14,675 nucleotides of DNA from Ascoidea asiatica JCM 7603 (GCA_001600695.1 BCKQ01000002.1:1966259-1980933), one strand, 5' to 3'. Numbered from the stretch's first letter, positions 1 to 9,294 are shown. Program-made: numbers and translations. The notes: generated by a model not told the origin, from the letters alone.

Positions 1-205
1 AAGTTCTTTTTTTTCTTGGGATATAGATGCAATAATGAATCTTTATCCCTCTTGAATTTTTTACTACTGAATTCACCTTCAAATTATAGTTGTAATAGAT
101 TTTTAATTGTATTATAATTTTAATATAAATAGAGGAAAGTTTCTATCAATTTTTTTTTTCTAATCCTTTTGAATTGTAAGTTATTGAATTAAGTTATAAT
201 AATAA

Positions 206-265
206 GATAAGATAAGATAAGATAAGATAGGATAGGATAGGATAAGATAAGATAAGATAATATAA
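206..265 (+). repeat. Compound pentanucleotide array (GATAA)4(GATAG)3(GATAA)4 TATAA immediately 5' of the ATG
   Basis: Read directly from the sequence; GATAAG is the GATA-factor consensus. Confidence 0.95.
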
Positions 266-271
266 AAAATT

Positions 272-496
272 ATGGATTTTGTTGTTAAAATTTTATCTTT
301 TATTCTAAACCATTTACCACAATTAATTGGAGCTGCATATAAAGTAATTTCAGGATATTTAAAAGATAATAAATATATACAAATTTTCAAATTTGTTTTC
401 TCAGAAAATAAAAATTTATTTATAAATGATTTAATTGGTGAAAAACTCCAAAATGTTTTGGATTCAGATATTTCAAAACATTTAAGTATTGAATGA
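272..496 (+). CDS. Short (74 aa) paralog of the 185-aa orphan protein; internally deleted and truncated, possibly a pseudogene
   Basis: 44/64 aa identical to the N-terminus of 13855..14412. Its tail ISKHLSIE aligns in frame with VPRQLTFD near the C-terminus of the long copy (about 99 codons absent). A 1-nt insertion then creates TGA, and a remnant of the original C-terminus runs to TAA at 531-533. Confidence 0.7.
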   Translation: MDFVVKILSFILNHLPQLIGAAYKVISGYLKDNKYIQIFKFVFSENKNLFINDLIGEKLQNVLDSDISKHLSIE

Positions 497-738
497 TGCA
501 AGAATGGAGAACTATTTTAATTGAAGAAAATAATCACTCTTCATCTTCATGTTATTGAACAGCTTAATTATTATTTTATTTTATTCATGTCAAAAAGAAG
601 GTCAAAATATTTCAGCTAATCTTTTATCTAACTTTACCAATCAGTAAACATCACAGCAAATACTAAATAATACTTAGAATACTTAGAATACTCCACACCC
701 CAAAGCTCTATTTAGTGATATGTTTTTCTTAATCTAAG

Positions 739-1051
739 TATCCCTTTAATCCCAATTTTTGTGCTTTTTGTCGTAAAGCAATTTTGGGCTTTACGAGCAC
801 GTGTAAACCTGTGTAGAAAAAATTGAACATATTTATTAAAAATAAGTTATAACATTAATCCCGCATTAGCTAGGGATGGTAATACTGTTTACTCGAGTAG
901 CTTACTTTAAAAAAGCACGTGGCTTTTATAAGATCCCGTTTAGTTTTTGCAGACTAATTTTGAATACCTACTGTGTTTGGTACTCACGTGCCTCGTTTAG
1001 CTGTTAAATTGCTTTACGACAAAAAGCACAAAAATTGGGATTAAAGGGATA
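739..1051. mobile_element. MITE-like non-autonomous element with perfect 46-bp terminal inverted repeats (outermost TA is a possible target-site duplication)
   Basis: 739-784 TATCCCTTTAATCCCAATTTTTGTGCTTTTTGTCGTAAAGCAATTT is the exact reverse complement of 1006-1051. The 221-bp interior is non-coding and more GC-rich than the surroundings. Confidence 0.75.
798..990. promoter_or_regulatory. Three CACGTG E-boxes (798-803, 916-921, 985-990), Pho4/Cbf1-type bHLH sites
   Basis: All three read GCACGTG on one strand or the other, clustered in about 190 bp of an AT-rich window. Function is not demonstrated. Confidence 0.45.
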
Positions 1052-1133
1052 GAGACAATACTAAATATTGAATGCTTTTTTTTGTAGGGGATTACCGTGA
1101 AAAAGACAAGTTGCTTATGGAAGTTCAAGGATT

Positions 1134-1252
1134 GGTCTTGTGGCGCAGAGGTAAGCGCTTCGTGCTTATAACCGTTCATGACAAACGTTTGTGTTAATGT
1201 CACGGTCGTGTGAGGAACGCGACGGTCGTGGGTTCGAACCCCTCCTGGACCA
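1134..1252 (+). tRNA. tRNA-Ile(UAU) with 46-nt intron (1171-1216)
   Basis: Acceptor GGTCTTG/CTGGACC, D stem GCGC/GCGC, anticodon stem TCGTG/CGCGA with loop CT-TAT-A^A, T loop TTCGAAC, downstream T runs. The intron segment TGTGAG can pair with the anticodon region. Resembles yeast intron-containing tRNA-Ile(UAU). Confidence 0.95.
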
Positions 1253-2091
1253 TTCTTTTTTCCCCTTTTTTCATTGTTTTTTTATAAAACATCCACAGAG
1301 CTGGTCTCTAACCAAAGACCCTTTTTGGTGGTATATACAGCAGAATGCGGTTATACACGTCTTTATGCATTTTCAATATCCGTGTGCGGAACTGAATATC
1401 CGGTTCTTCTTGTTCCGGATTTTGTTATTATTATATTGGTCTGAATTCAGAACTAGAAGAAACAGAGAAAACAAGTGAAATGAATGAAATAAACAAAGGA
1501 ATTAAACCAAATAAAGGAATTAAAATGAAGAGAATAAATACAAGTAAAGCTATTTAGATCTTAATTAAAGAAGTTCAATTTGTTTATCAAATGAACTCAT
1601 CATGTAAACAGTCTGAAAGGCTGGCATCAATTATTACTCATTTTAAGGAGTTGTGAAATATTAACTTAACTGAAATTCTTTTTTCATTTTATTTAAATTT
1701 ATTCTAATTTATTATTATTATTATTATTCTTTCCATTTATCAAATATCTTTTTAATAATATAATTTGATACAAATTTTGAATCAAATGAGAACAATAATG
1801 AAATATTTCTAAATTTATAATCTTGGAAATAAAAATGTACCTAAATATTCTCTTTTCTTACAATATTTTGGCTAAATTATTCTCATACAATTCTAATACA
1901 ATTTTCTATGATAACATAACTTATTTTTGATCTACAGTATTCACATTATTTTGAAAATTTTTAATAATACTTTACAATAGCCTACAAATTTAAATTAAAG
2001 AACAATGAATTTAAAATGAGTATTATTCAAAAGTCAAGATTTAATTTAAACGATTCAATTTAATTCAATTTTATTTTACTTACTTCTTTTG

Positions 2092-2141
2092 AATTCAATT
2101 CAATTCAATTCAATTCAATTCAACTCAACTCAACTCAACTC
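2092..2141 (+). repeat. Compound microsatellite (AATTC)6(AACTC)4
   Basis: Read directly from the sequence, upstream of the protease-like gene. Confidence 0.9.
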
Positions 2142-2315
2142 AATTTATGTATAACATTTTATTTCAAATGAAGTTTCAATATGATTTAATAATATATTAA
2201 AATATAATAAAATAATTCACTTCTGAATTTCAATTTCAATTTCATTTTTGATTTCAAAATCAATACTCCTCCACAATAAAATATCACTTACTTATTTACT
2301 ATTCATATAATAATA

Positions 2316-2821
2316 ATGTTAATCAATTCTTTTTTTTTTCTTTTTTATCTTTCAAAAATATCTTTTATTTTCTTAATTTATTTTAATATTAAAGTTAAAT
2401 CTGATTCAAATTTTAATAATAATAATAATAATAATTCAATTATAAATGATTCCTTATATTTTTCAAATTCAACTTTAACAACTTCTTCTGATGATATATA
2501 TTCATCTGATTTATCAAATAAACTTGGTTTTATTCAATTAGAATTCTTTGGTAGTGCAGATTTATTACCTTTTGTAAATATTTCTATTGGTTCTCCACCT
2601 CAATCAATTTCTTTAGGTTTAGATTATGATTCTTCTCAAACTTGGGTAATGTCTAATTTTAATCCATATTGTCAACAAAATTTAAATTATATAAATTTAT
2701 CTGATGAATATTTTGCTTATTATAATCAATTTTCTTATAATATTGATGATTTAATTTATGATTGTAAATATGGTTTTTTTAAAGAATTTGAAAGTAAAAG
2801 TTTTTTTTTCTTAGATAATAA

Positions 2822-2855
<34 letters not shown>

Positions 2856-4430
2856 TATGCTTCTTTTCAATTTAATAGAACTTTATTTTTAAGTTCTGAT
2901 TTTGGTGTTTTTACTGCAACTGGTTTAAATGGTAAAGATACTTTTTATTTATATGATGATTTTCCATTAAATAATTTCACTTTTGGTTTAGCTTTAAGTT
3001 CTCATATGAGTTTTGGTTTTTTAGGTTTATCTTCTTTTAATAATAATAATTCTGGTTTTTTAAATTTTATTACAAATAAATCTTATATTAATAGAAGAAT
3101 AATGTCTGAATATGCAACTTTTGATGCTCAAACTTCATATAATTTCTTAGGTAATTTAATTTTTGGTGCTTATGATCCAACAAAATATTTTAATCAAAAT
3201 TTATCAATAATACCAATGATTAATAAATATGATCAAAATTTATATCCAAATATATCTTCAGTTGATGTAACTTTAAATTCAATTTCTATTGAATTTAGTT
3301 TAAAAACTCTTAAATTAACTCAAAAAGAAGATTTAGAATATGAATATTTTGGTGATAATTTTACTTATACAGATGATTATATTTTAGATTATTATGAAAA
3401 TGCAATAAATCTTTTAAATAAATCTGCTGCAATTAATGAAATTTCAAATAATTCTATCACTACATTTTATTTATCAAATAAAAGATATCCACTTTCATTT
3501 TCACATCAAGGTGCAATGACATATTTTCCAAAAGAAATTTATAATAATTTTTTAAATTTATTTGGTGGAATACCAGAAAATAGTAATTATACAGATTTAA
3601 TAAATTCAATTGGTGATTTAGATATAAATTTATTATTTAATTTATCTGGATATATTTTAAAAATTCCATATACTGATTTTATTTCAGATTATACACCAGA
3701 TTCTCATTATCAGGATATGTATGGTAATATTCAAAATAAAAGTATTAATGAACCATTATCAAATTTTTATATAAATTATACAGATTCTATAATTGGTGAA
3801 AATTTAATTGTTTTAGGTAATATTATGTATACATATATTTCATTAATTTATGATTTTGATAATAAAGAAATTATAATTGGTAAACCAGAAAATTATTTAT
3901 ATAATTTTCAAGATCCAAAAGATAATATATCATGGATATCATTTGAAGCATCAAAAGAAGAAGATATTTATATTTTAGATTCTAATGAAAATATACCAAA
4001 TGCAACAAAAGCATTAAATTATGAAGAAACATATTTTAATTATATAACATCATATCTTAGTACAAGTACAATAAATTCAATAACTATAGAAACATTTAAT
4101 GATTATACACTTTGGGTTACAAAAGAAGTTGGAATTTTAAAATATTCTGAAATTAATACAACTTATGAAAAATTTATTACAACAAAAAGTAATTATGAAA
4201 TTTCAAGTATTATTACAACTACATTTACAAATGGAATTTATGAAGTTGAATTATTTTTATCATCAATTTCATCAAATGGATATACTGGATTAATTAAAAG
4301 AAATTTAAGTGAAATAAATAATAATATAACAAGTTTAAGTTCAAATAATGGAAATTCAAATAATATATTTAAATTAAGTAATACAATACTACTTTCATTA
4401 TGTATTTTTATTGGAATATTATTTATATAG
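2316..4430 (+). CDS. Secreted/GPI-anchored yapsin-like (pepsin family A1) aspartic protease homolog, probably catalytically inactive
   Basis: Hydrophobic N-terminal signal; VNISIGSPPQSISLGLDYDSSQTWV; GKDTF..NFTFGLA..GFLGL; GNLIFGAYDPTKY; IVLG..YISLIYDFDNKEIIIG; Ser/Thr-rich stalk; C-terminal hydrophobic GPI-type tail. Both D-T/S-G motifs are degenerate. Confidence 0.88.
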
Positions 4431-4496
4431 TATTTATATATTATTTCTCTTTGTTATTTTTATATAGATTATATGTTAAATTTATGTATATTATTG

Positions 4497-6098
4497 TTAA
4501 ACTTTACATAATTTAAAACCAGCACATGAGATTCTAGAGATTGCTAAGAAGAAAGTAGTTGAGATACTTATAACTCCGGCAAAAATAACTAAATGTTTAT
4601 AACCTGAAATATTTGAAGAATTACCAATAATTACACCAGCAATTGGTAAACCAATTAAACCACCAAAACTTGCAAAAGAATATGCAGTACCATATCTTTT
4701 ACCAAAATCTTTTGTTTTACTTATTTGTCCTAAACAACTTGGAGATAAACTTAAAATTGAAGCACTAAAAAACCCCCAAAATGAACTAAAAATATATAAA
4801 CAATTTAAATTTGAACCAAATGGTAACCAAATTAAAAAAATTGTTAAAGATGATAAAAATGAAGAAATAGTGATAACATTAAATCTACCATATTTATCAG
4901 CTAAATAACCAGGTATAAATCTACCTGGAATTCCAGATAAATTTGTTATTGTTAAAAGAAGTAAACTTTTTGAATCTGAGAAACCATTTGCAATTGCATA
5001 TGAAGCTAAATAAGATAAAACTATGAATATATAAAGTTCAATGAATAATAAACTTAAGACAAATGATAAATATTTAATTTCTTTAAAATAACTAAGATTA
5101 AAACTTTCTTTAAATATTGAAATTATATAATTATAATAAAATTTTAAATTTTTTTTATTATCATTTTCATTATCATTTTCATTATCATTATTTGTAAGAA
5201 TATCATTATCATTATTATTAATAATAATTTTTTTTTTTTTTTTTTGTTTATTTGTATTTCTTAATCTATCTTTCATTAAAATAGTTGATAAAAATTGAGT
5301 TGATAAAATTATTAAAGCAATAATTCTCATTGACCATTTAAAACCAATTTTTGGATATAAATATCTTAAAAGAAGTGGAATTAAAGCACCACCAATTGAA
5401 CCACCACAAGTTGCAATTGAAATTGCAAAAGCTCTATTTTTTAAAAACCAATGAGATATAACACTAATATTAATTGTAAAAGTTAAAGAATTTCCAATAC
5501 CATTTAAAATACTTAAACATAAAATAAATTGATAATAATTTTTACAATTACCTAAAGCTAAAAATGAAGAAGTCATCATAATTGTACCAATAATCATTGG
5601 TAATTTTGAACCAAATTTATCAAATATATAACCACTTAAAATTGAAAAAGAAAAAGTGATGAATGAATAAATTGAAAAAATCCAAGATATTGAAGATGTT
5701 GAATAATTTTTTAATTGATGATATTGTAAATAAGATTGAATTGAACCTGAACCATTATAAATACCAAAAGATGTACATAAACCAATAAATGAACCTAAAA
5801 CAACTAACCATGCTCTTAAACCACCTTCTGGAAATTCAATATTTTGATCTAAACCTTTCATTAAAGAAGTTGATTCATTTTCATTTTCATTTTCATTTTC
5901 ATTTTCATTTTCATTTGTATTTTCATTTCCATTAGTAGTATTTCCATCTTCAATTTGTATGTTGTTTTCATTCTTCTTTTCATTATCATTATCATTCTCA
6001 ATAATATGTTTTTCTTTATTAATATGATGATGATGATGATGATGATGATGATTATTGAAGGAACTTAAAGTATGTAAAGAGATTATTGAATTTGACAT
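4497..6098 (-). CDS. MFS transporter, monocarboxylate porter family (Mch4/Mch5-like)
   Basis: FPEGGLRAWLVVLGSF signature, GYIFDKFG and GYLADKYGRFN loop motifs, SHWFLKNRAFA, about 12 hydrophobic segments, N-terminal poly-His and NE repeats. Confidence 0.92.
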   Translation of the reverse strand: MSNSIISLHTLSSFNNHHHHHHHHHINKEKHIIENDNDNEKKNENNIQIEDGNTTNGNENTNENENENENENENESTSLMKGLDQNIEFPEGGLRAWLVVLGSFIGLCTSFGIYNGSGSIQSYLQYHQLKNYSTSSISWIFSIYSFITFSFSILSGYIFDKFGSKLPMIIGTIMMTSSFLALGNCKNYYQFILCLSILNGIGNSLTFTINISVISHWFLKNRAFAISIATCGGSIGGALIPLLLRYLYPKIGFKWSMRIIALIILSTQFLSTILMKDRLRNTNKQKKKKKIIINNNDNDILTNNDNENDNENDNKKNLKFYYNYIISIFKESFNLSYFKEIKYLSFVLSLLFIELYIFIVLSYLASYAIANGFSDSKSLLLLTITNLSGIPGRFIPGYLADKYGRFNVITISSFLSSLTIFLIWLPFGSNLNCLYIFSSFWGFFSASILSLSPSCLGQISKTKDFGKRYGTAYSFASFGGLIGLPIAGVIIGNSSNISGYKHLVIFAGVISISTTFFLAISRISCAGFKLCKV

Positions 6099-6276
6099 AT
6101 TTTATTTTATTTTGAATAATTAATTATTTAATATTTGTTTGATCTGTAGAAGATAACATATCTAGATCTAATAGAAAGGATTAAGAAAGAAAGAACAAAA
6201 GAGAATCGAGTAAATATTTATAAACTTCTTGACTATAACTTTTTCTTTAGATTATATTAACACCCTTTTCTTGTAA

Positions 6277-6316
6277 TAATATAATATAATATAATATAAT
6301 ATAATATAATATAATA
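6277..6316 (+). repeat. (AATAT)n microsatellite upstream of the MFS gene
   Basis: Read directly from the sequence; about 8 units. Confidence 0.9.
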
Positions 6317-6596
6317 TCATATATAAATTGAGAGATTATTGGCAGTATTTGGAGCACAGCGATAAAAACTTCTCTTCTTTTCTTCTCTTCGCTTATCAAT
6401 CAGTTTTCAGTTTTCATTTTACTTTTCACTTTTCACTTTTTATGTTTTTTTTTCCACTTTCTCGAATTTCTCGTAGTTTCAGTGCAAAGCTCGGGATACG
6501 AGCAACGAAACCGGAACGAGACCAGCGACATGGGACCACTCCCGCAGTACTAGTCATACTACCAAAGCCATTCTGTCGCTGTTTTTGACAGGTTCA

Positions 6597-6695
6597 GCCT
6601 GGCTAGCATAATCGGTAGTGCATTTGACTCTTATTCCCCAGCGGGGGGGGGAAAAAGTCATCAGAAGGTTGCGGGTTCGAGCCCCGCGTCGGGCC
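6597..6695 (+). tRNA. tRNA-Lys(CUU) with 26-nt intron (6634-6659)
   Basis: Acceptor GCCTGGC/GTCGGGC, D stem GCAT/GTGC, anticodon stem TTTGA/TCAGA with loop CT-CTT-A^A, T arm GCGGG-TTCGAGC-CCCGC, poly-T Pol III terminator. Confidence 0.93.
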
Positions 6696-7092
6696 TTTTT
6701 TTTGCAGGTTTCAGAGCAGCACTGAGACCAGATCTGCGGGTCTTTTGTTTTCTTGTTTGTTTTGGTGGCGAGTGAACAGATTTCAAATACGTTTTTATAT
6801 TCAAGAAACAAACAATAAAATAAAGGTCTAATGAATATAACAAGAATATGATATACAACAGGATAGAGATAGATGATATATAATCAATCAATCAATCAAT
6901 CAATCAAAAGAATAGAGAAGAATCAATCAAGAATCAGAAGTACATTCAAATCAACTCTGATTTCAATCATTTCTCAATTACTTCTGAATTACTACTCAAT
7001 AACTGAAAATGAAAGTGAAAGTGAAACTGAAACTGAAACTGAACCTATAATCTGTAAATAAAAAGTATTAAATATCAATAAATTAAACAATA

Positions 7093-9294
7093 ATGAATTC
7101 AAATACTGAAGTTAAGAGAAGAGTACTTGGTTTATCTTCAAATACATTAAATGATTCAAATAATGATTCAATTATAAATCTTACTCCAAAAAAGGATATT
7201 AATAAAATACCGTCAAATATTAAAAAAATTGATAAAATTGATAAAATTGATAAAATTGATAAAATTAATAAAAAATTAGATTTACTTTCTTCAACAACTT
7301 TAAATTCAGAAAATCAAAGTAATGAAAATTTAAATATTATAAATTCTAATAAAATTAAAATAAAATGTCCAATTTGTAATGAAATTTTATTAAATTCAAT
7401 TCAATTAAATTTACATCTAGATCAATTTCATTCTACAATTAATTCTCCAATAAAAACAAATTCATTAAATAATTCTCCACTTAAATCTCCAATAAATACT
7501 ACTAAAATAAAAAATTTGAAAAAATCTAGACCTATATTTATTCCCACTGATGATAATAATATAAATAAATCTCATTTTCAAATTATTACCAATAATAATA
7601 AAATTTATTGTAATTTTAAAAATTGTTTAAATAATAATTTATCAAATAATTCAAATTCAAATTTAAATTTAAATTCAAATAAATTCATAAATTATAATAT
7701 TAATAATTTTAATACTTTTAATACAAATCCTTATTATAATAATTGTTATAAATGTGGAAAATTATATTGTTTTAATCATTTAAAAATTAAATTAAAATTA
7801 AATAAAAATAATCAATTTGATTCAATTTATGGTTCTTGGTTTAAAATTTGTTTAAATTGTTATAATATTTATTATAATTTAATTCATAATTTATTTATTA
7901 ATCAAAATTTAATTAATAATAATAATAAAAATTTGTTAATTTTTTTAAAATTAAGAAATGATAAAATTGATTTAAATAATTTATATAAATTAAAATTAAT
8001 TCAAAGATTAATAAAATTAAATAATTTTAATAAAAATTTAATTAAAAAAATTTATTATTCTTCAAATTTAATATCATCTTCAATTTTAAATTATTTTTCA
8101 ATTTATAAAATTAATAAAAAAAGATTAATTTTTGAAAAAAATTTAATTCAATGGGAAAATAATAATGATATTTTAAATTGTTTTATATGTTTAAAAAAAT
8201 TTAATAATTTAAAATTATTTACAAAACATCATTGTAGATTATGTGGTAAAATTGTTTGTGATTCAAATGAATCTCTTTTATTTGAAAAATTATCTGAAAA
8301 TCAATATGAAGATAATAATCAAATTAATAATCATAATCATAATCATAATCATATAGAATGTTCAAAAGAAATTCCAATGGATTTATTAATTAAATTATTA
8401 AATTTAAATGAAAATGAAAATAATCAAAAATTCGAAGAGGAGATTCAAAATGATATTGATAATGATAATGACAATGACAATGACAATGACAATTATAATA
8501 ACAATGACAATGATAACATTGATGAAAATAAATTTAATGAAATTTCAAATTCAATTCCATATAATTTAAGAATTTGTTTATATTGTAAAGAAAAATTATT
8601 CTTAAAAATTAATTTTGATAAAAAAATTATTGAATTAAATAATAATGAATTATTTAAACAATATAATTATTTAAAAATTTATAAAAATTTAATTTTAACA
8701 AATATTGAAAATCTTAATTCATTAATAAATAATTTTGATAATAATGATAATAATGATAATGATGATAATGATGATAACCCTAAGATAAAAGAAAAAGCTT
8801 TAGTTAAGACTAAATTAATTAAATATTTCAAAATTTATGAATTAATACTAAAAAGAATTAATAATTTACAATTAAATATTGATAATAATGAAAATCAAGA
8901 TAGTAGTAGTAGTAATAGAGATAAAATTCAAATTCAAAATAATATTAAATTAAATTCATTAGAATTCTTAAATAAAAATTTAAATAAATTTAAATTAATT
9001 TCAAAAATTGAAGAAGATCAAATAAATTTATTAAATGAAAATTCAAATAAAAAAAATAAAAAAGAAAAAATAAAAGAATTAAATAAGGATGAAATCAATA
9101 AAATTAAAAAATTAAGAGAAGAAATTATTATTATGAAAGAACAAAAATTTTTATTAGAAAATCAAGTTAAAAATTTAAATAAATTAAGAAAATTTGATGA
9201 TATAAAAATTTTGAAAGAAAATATAAGTGAACTTGAGAAAATTATTAATAATTTAAATAATGAACTTGGTGATGATTATACAATTAATGAATAA
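7093..9294 (+). CDS. PEP7: Pep7/Vac1/Vps19 (rabenosyn-5 ortholog), FYVE-domain endosomal Rab effector
   Basis: C2H2 finger CPICNEILLNSIQLNLHLDQFH; first FYVE-like domain (C..C..NCYKCGKLYC..WFKICLNC); second FYVE (WENNND..CFIC..KHHCRLCGKIVC..RICLYC); C-terminal Rab-binding coil EQKFLL..RKFDDIKILKENISELE. Confidence 0.9.
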   Translation: MNSNTEVKRRVLGLSSNTLNDSNNDSIINLTPKKDINKIPSNIKKIDKIDKIDKIDKINKKLDLLSSTTLNSENQSNENLNIINSNKIKIKCPICNEILLNSIQLNLHLDQFHSTINSPIKTNSLNNSPLKSPINTTKIKNLKKSRPIFIPTDDNNINKSHFQIITNNNKIYCNFKNCLNNNLSNNSNSNLNLNSNKFINYNINNFNTFNTNPYYNNCYKCGKLYCFNHLKIKLKLNKNNQFDSIYGSWFKICLNCYNIYYNLIHNLFINQNLINNNNKNLLIFLKLRNDKIDLNNLYKLKLIQRLIKLNNFNKNLIKKIYYSSNLISSSILNYFSIYKINKKRLIFEKNLIQWENNNDILNCFICLKKFNNLKLFTKHHCRLCGKIVCDSNESLLFEKLSENQYEDNNQINNHNHNHNHIECSKEIPMDLLIKLLNLNENENNQKFEEEIQNDIDNDNDNDNDNDNYNNNDNDNIDENKFNEISNSIPYNLRICLYCKEKLFLKINFDKKIIELNNNELFKQYNYLKIYKNLILTNIENLNSLINNFDNNDNNDNDDNDDNPKIKEKALVKTKLIKYFKIYELILKRINNLQLNIDNNENQDSSSSNRDKIQIQNNIKLNSLEFLNKNLNKFKLISKIEEDQINLLNENSNKKNKKEKIKELNKDEINKIKKLREEIIIMKEQKFLLENQVKNLNKLRKFDDIKILKENISELEKIINNLNNELGDDYTINE

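Larger units (their letters stand above)
1..690 (+). repeat. Left arm of window-bounding inverted duplication (upstream region, ORF and 3' region)
   Basis: 1-205 matches the reverse complement of the right end with one substitution (179) and a T10 vs T12 run. The GATAA/GATAG array and ORF start are shared. 3' homology persists: 538-565 equals revcomp 13823-13850 (28/28) and 650-669 matches revcomp 13712-13731 (19/20). The inner boundary is approximate. Confidence 0.97.

Noticed and set aside
181-501. 106-aa minus-strand ORF and its counterpart at 14279..14485 (+)
   Set aside because: Antisense shadows of the paralog pair; the ILSYL/ILSYP tails are just the translated GATAA array.
798-1051. 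Saccharomyces-type point centromere
   Set aside because: CACGTG boxes are present, but there is no long very AT-rich CDEII followed by a CDEIII CCG consensus.
997-1478. ORFs 997..1203 (-) and 1191..1478 (+)
   Set aside because: They overlap tRNA-Ile and the inverted repeat, and show no protein-like features.
6328-7061. Four short ORFs around tRNA-Lys
   Set aside because: They overlap the tRNA, promoter DNA or microsatellites; most use non-ATG starts or are low complexity.
7093-9294. Asn-, ND- and KID-repeat insertions in Pep7 and other ORFs as special domains
   Set aside because: Such tracts occur in most long ORFs here and are consistent with genome-wide AT-biased slippage.
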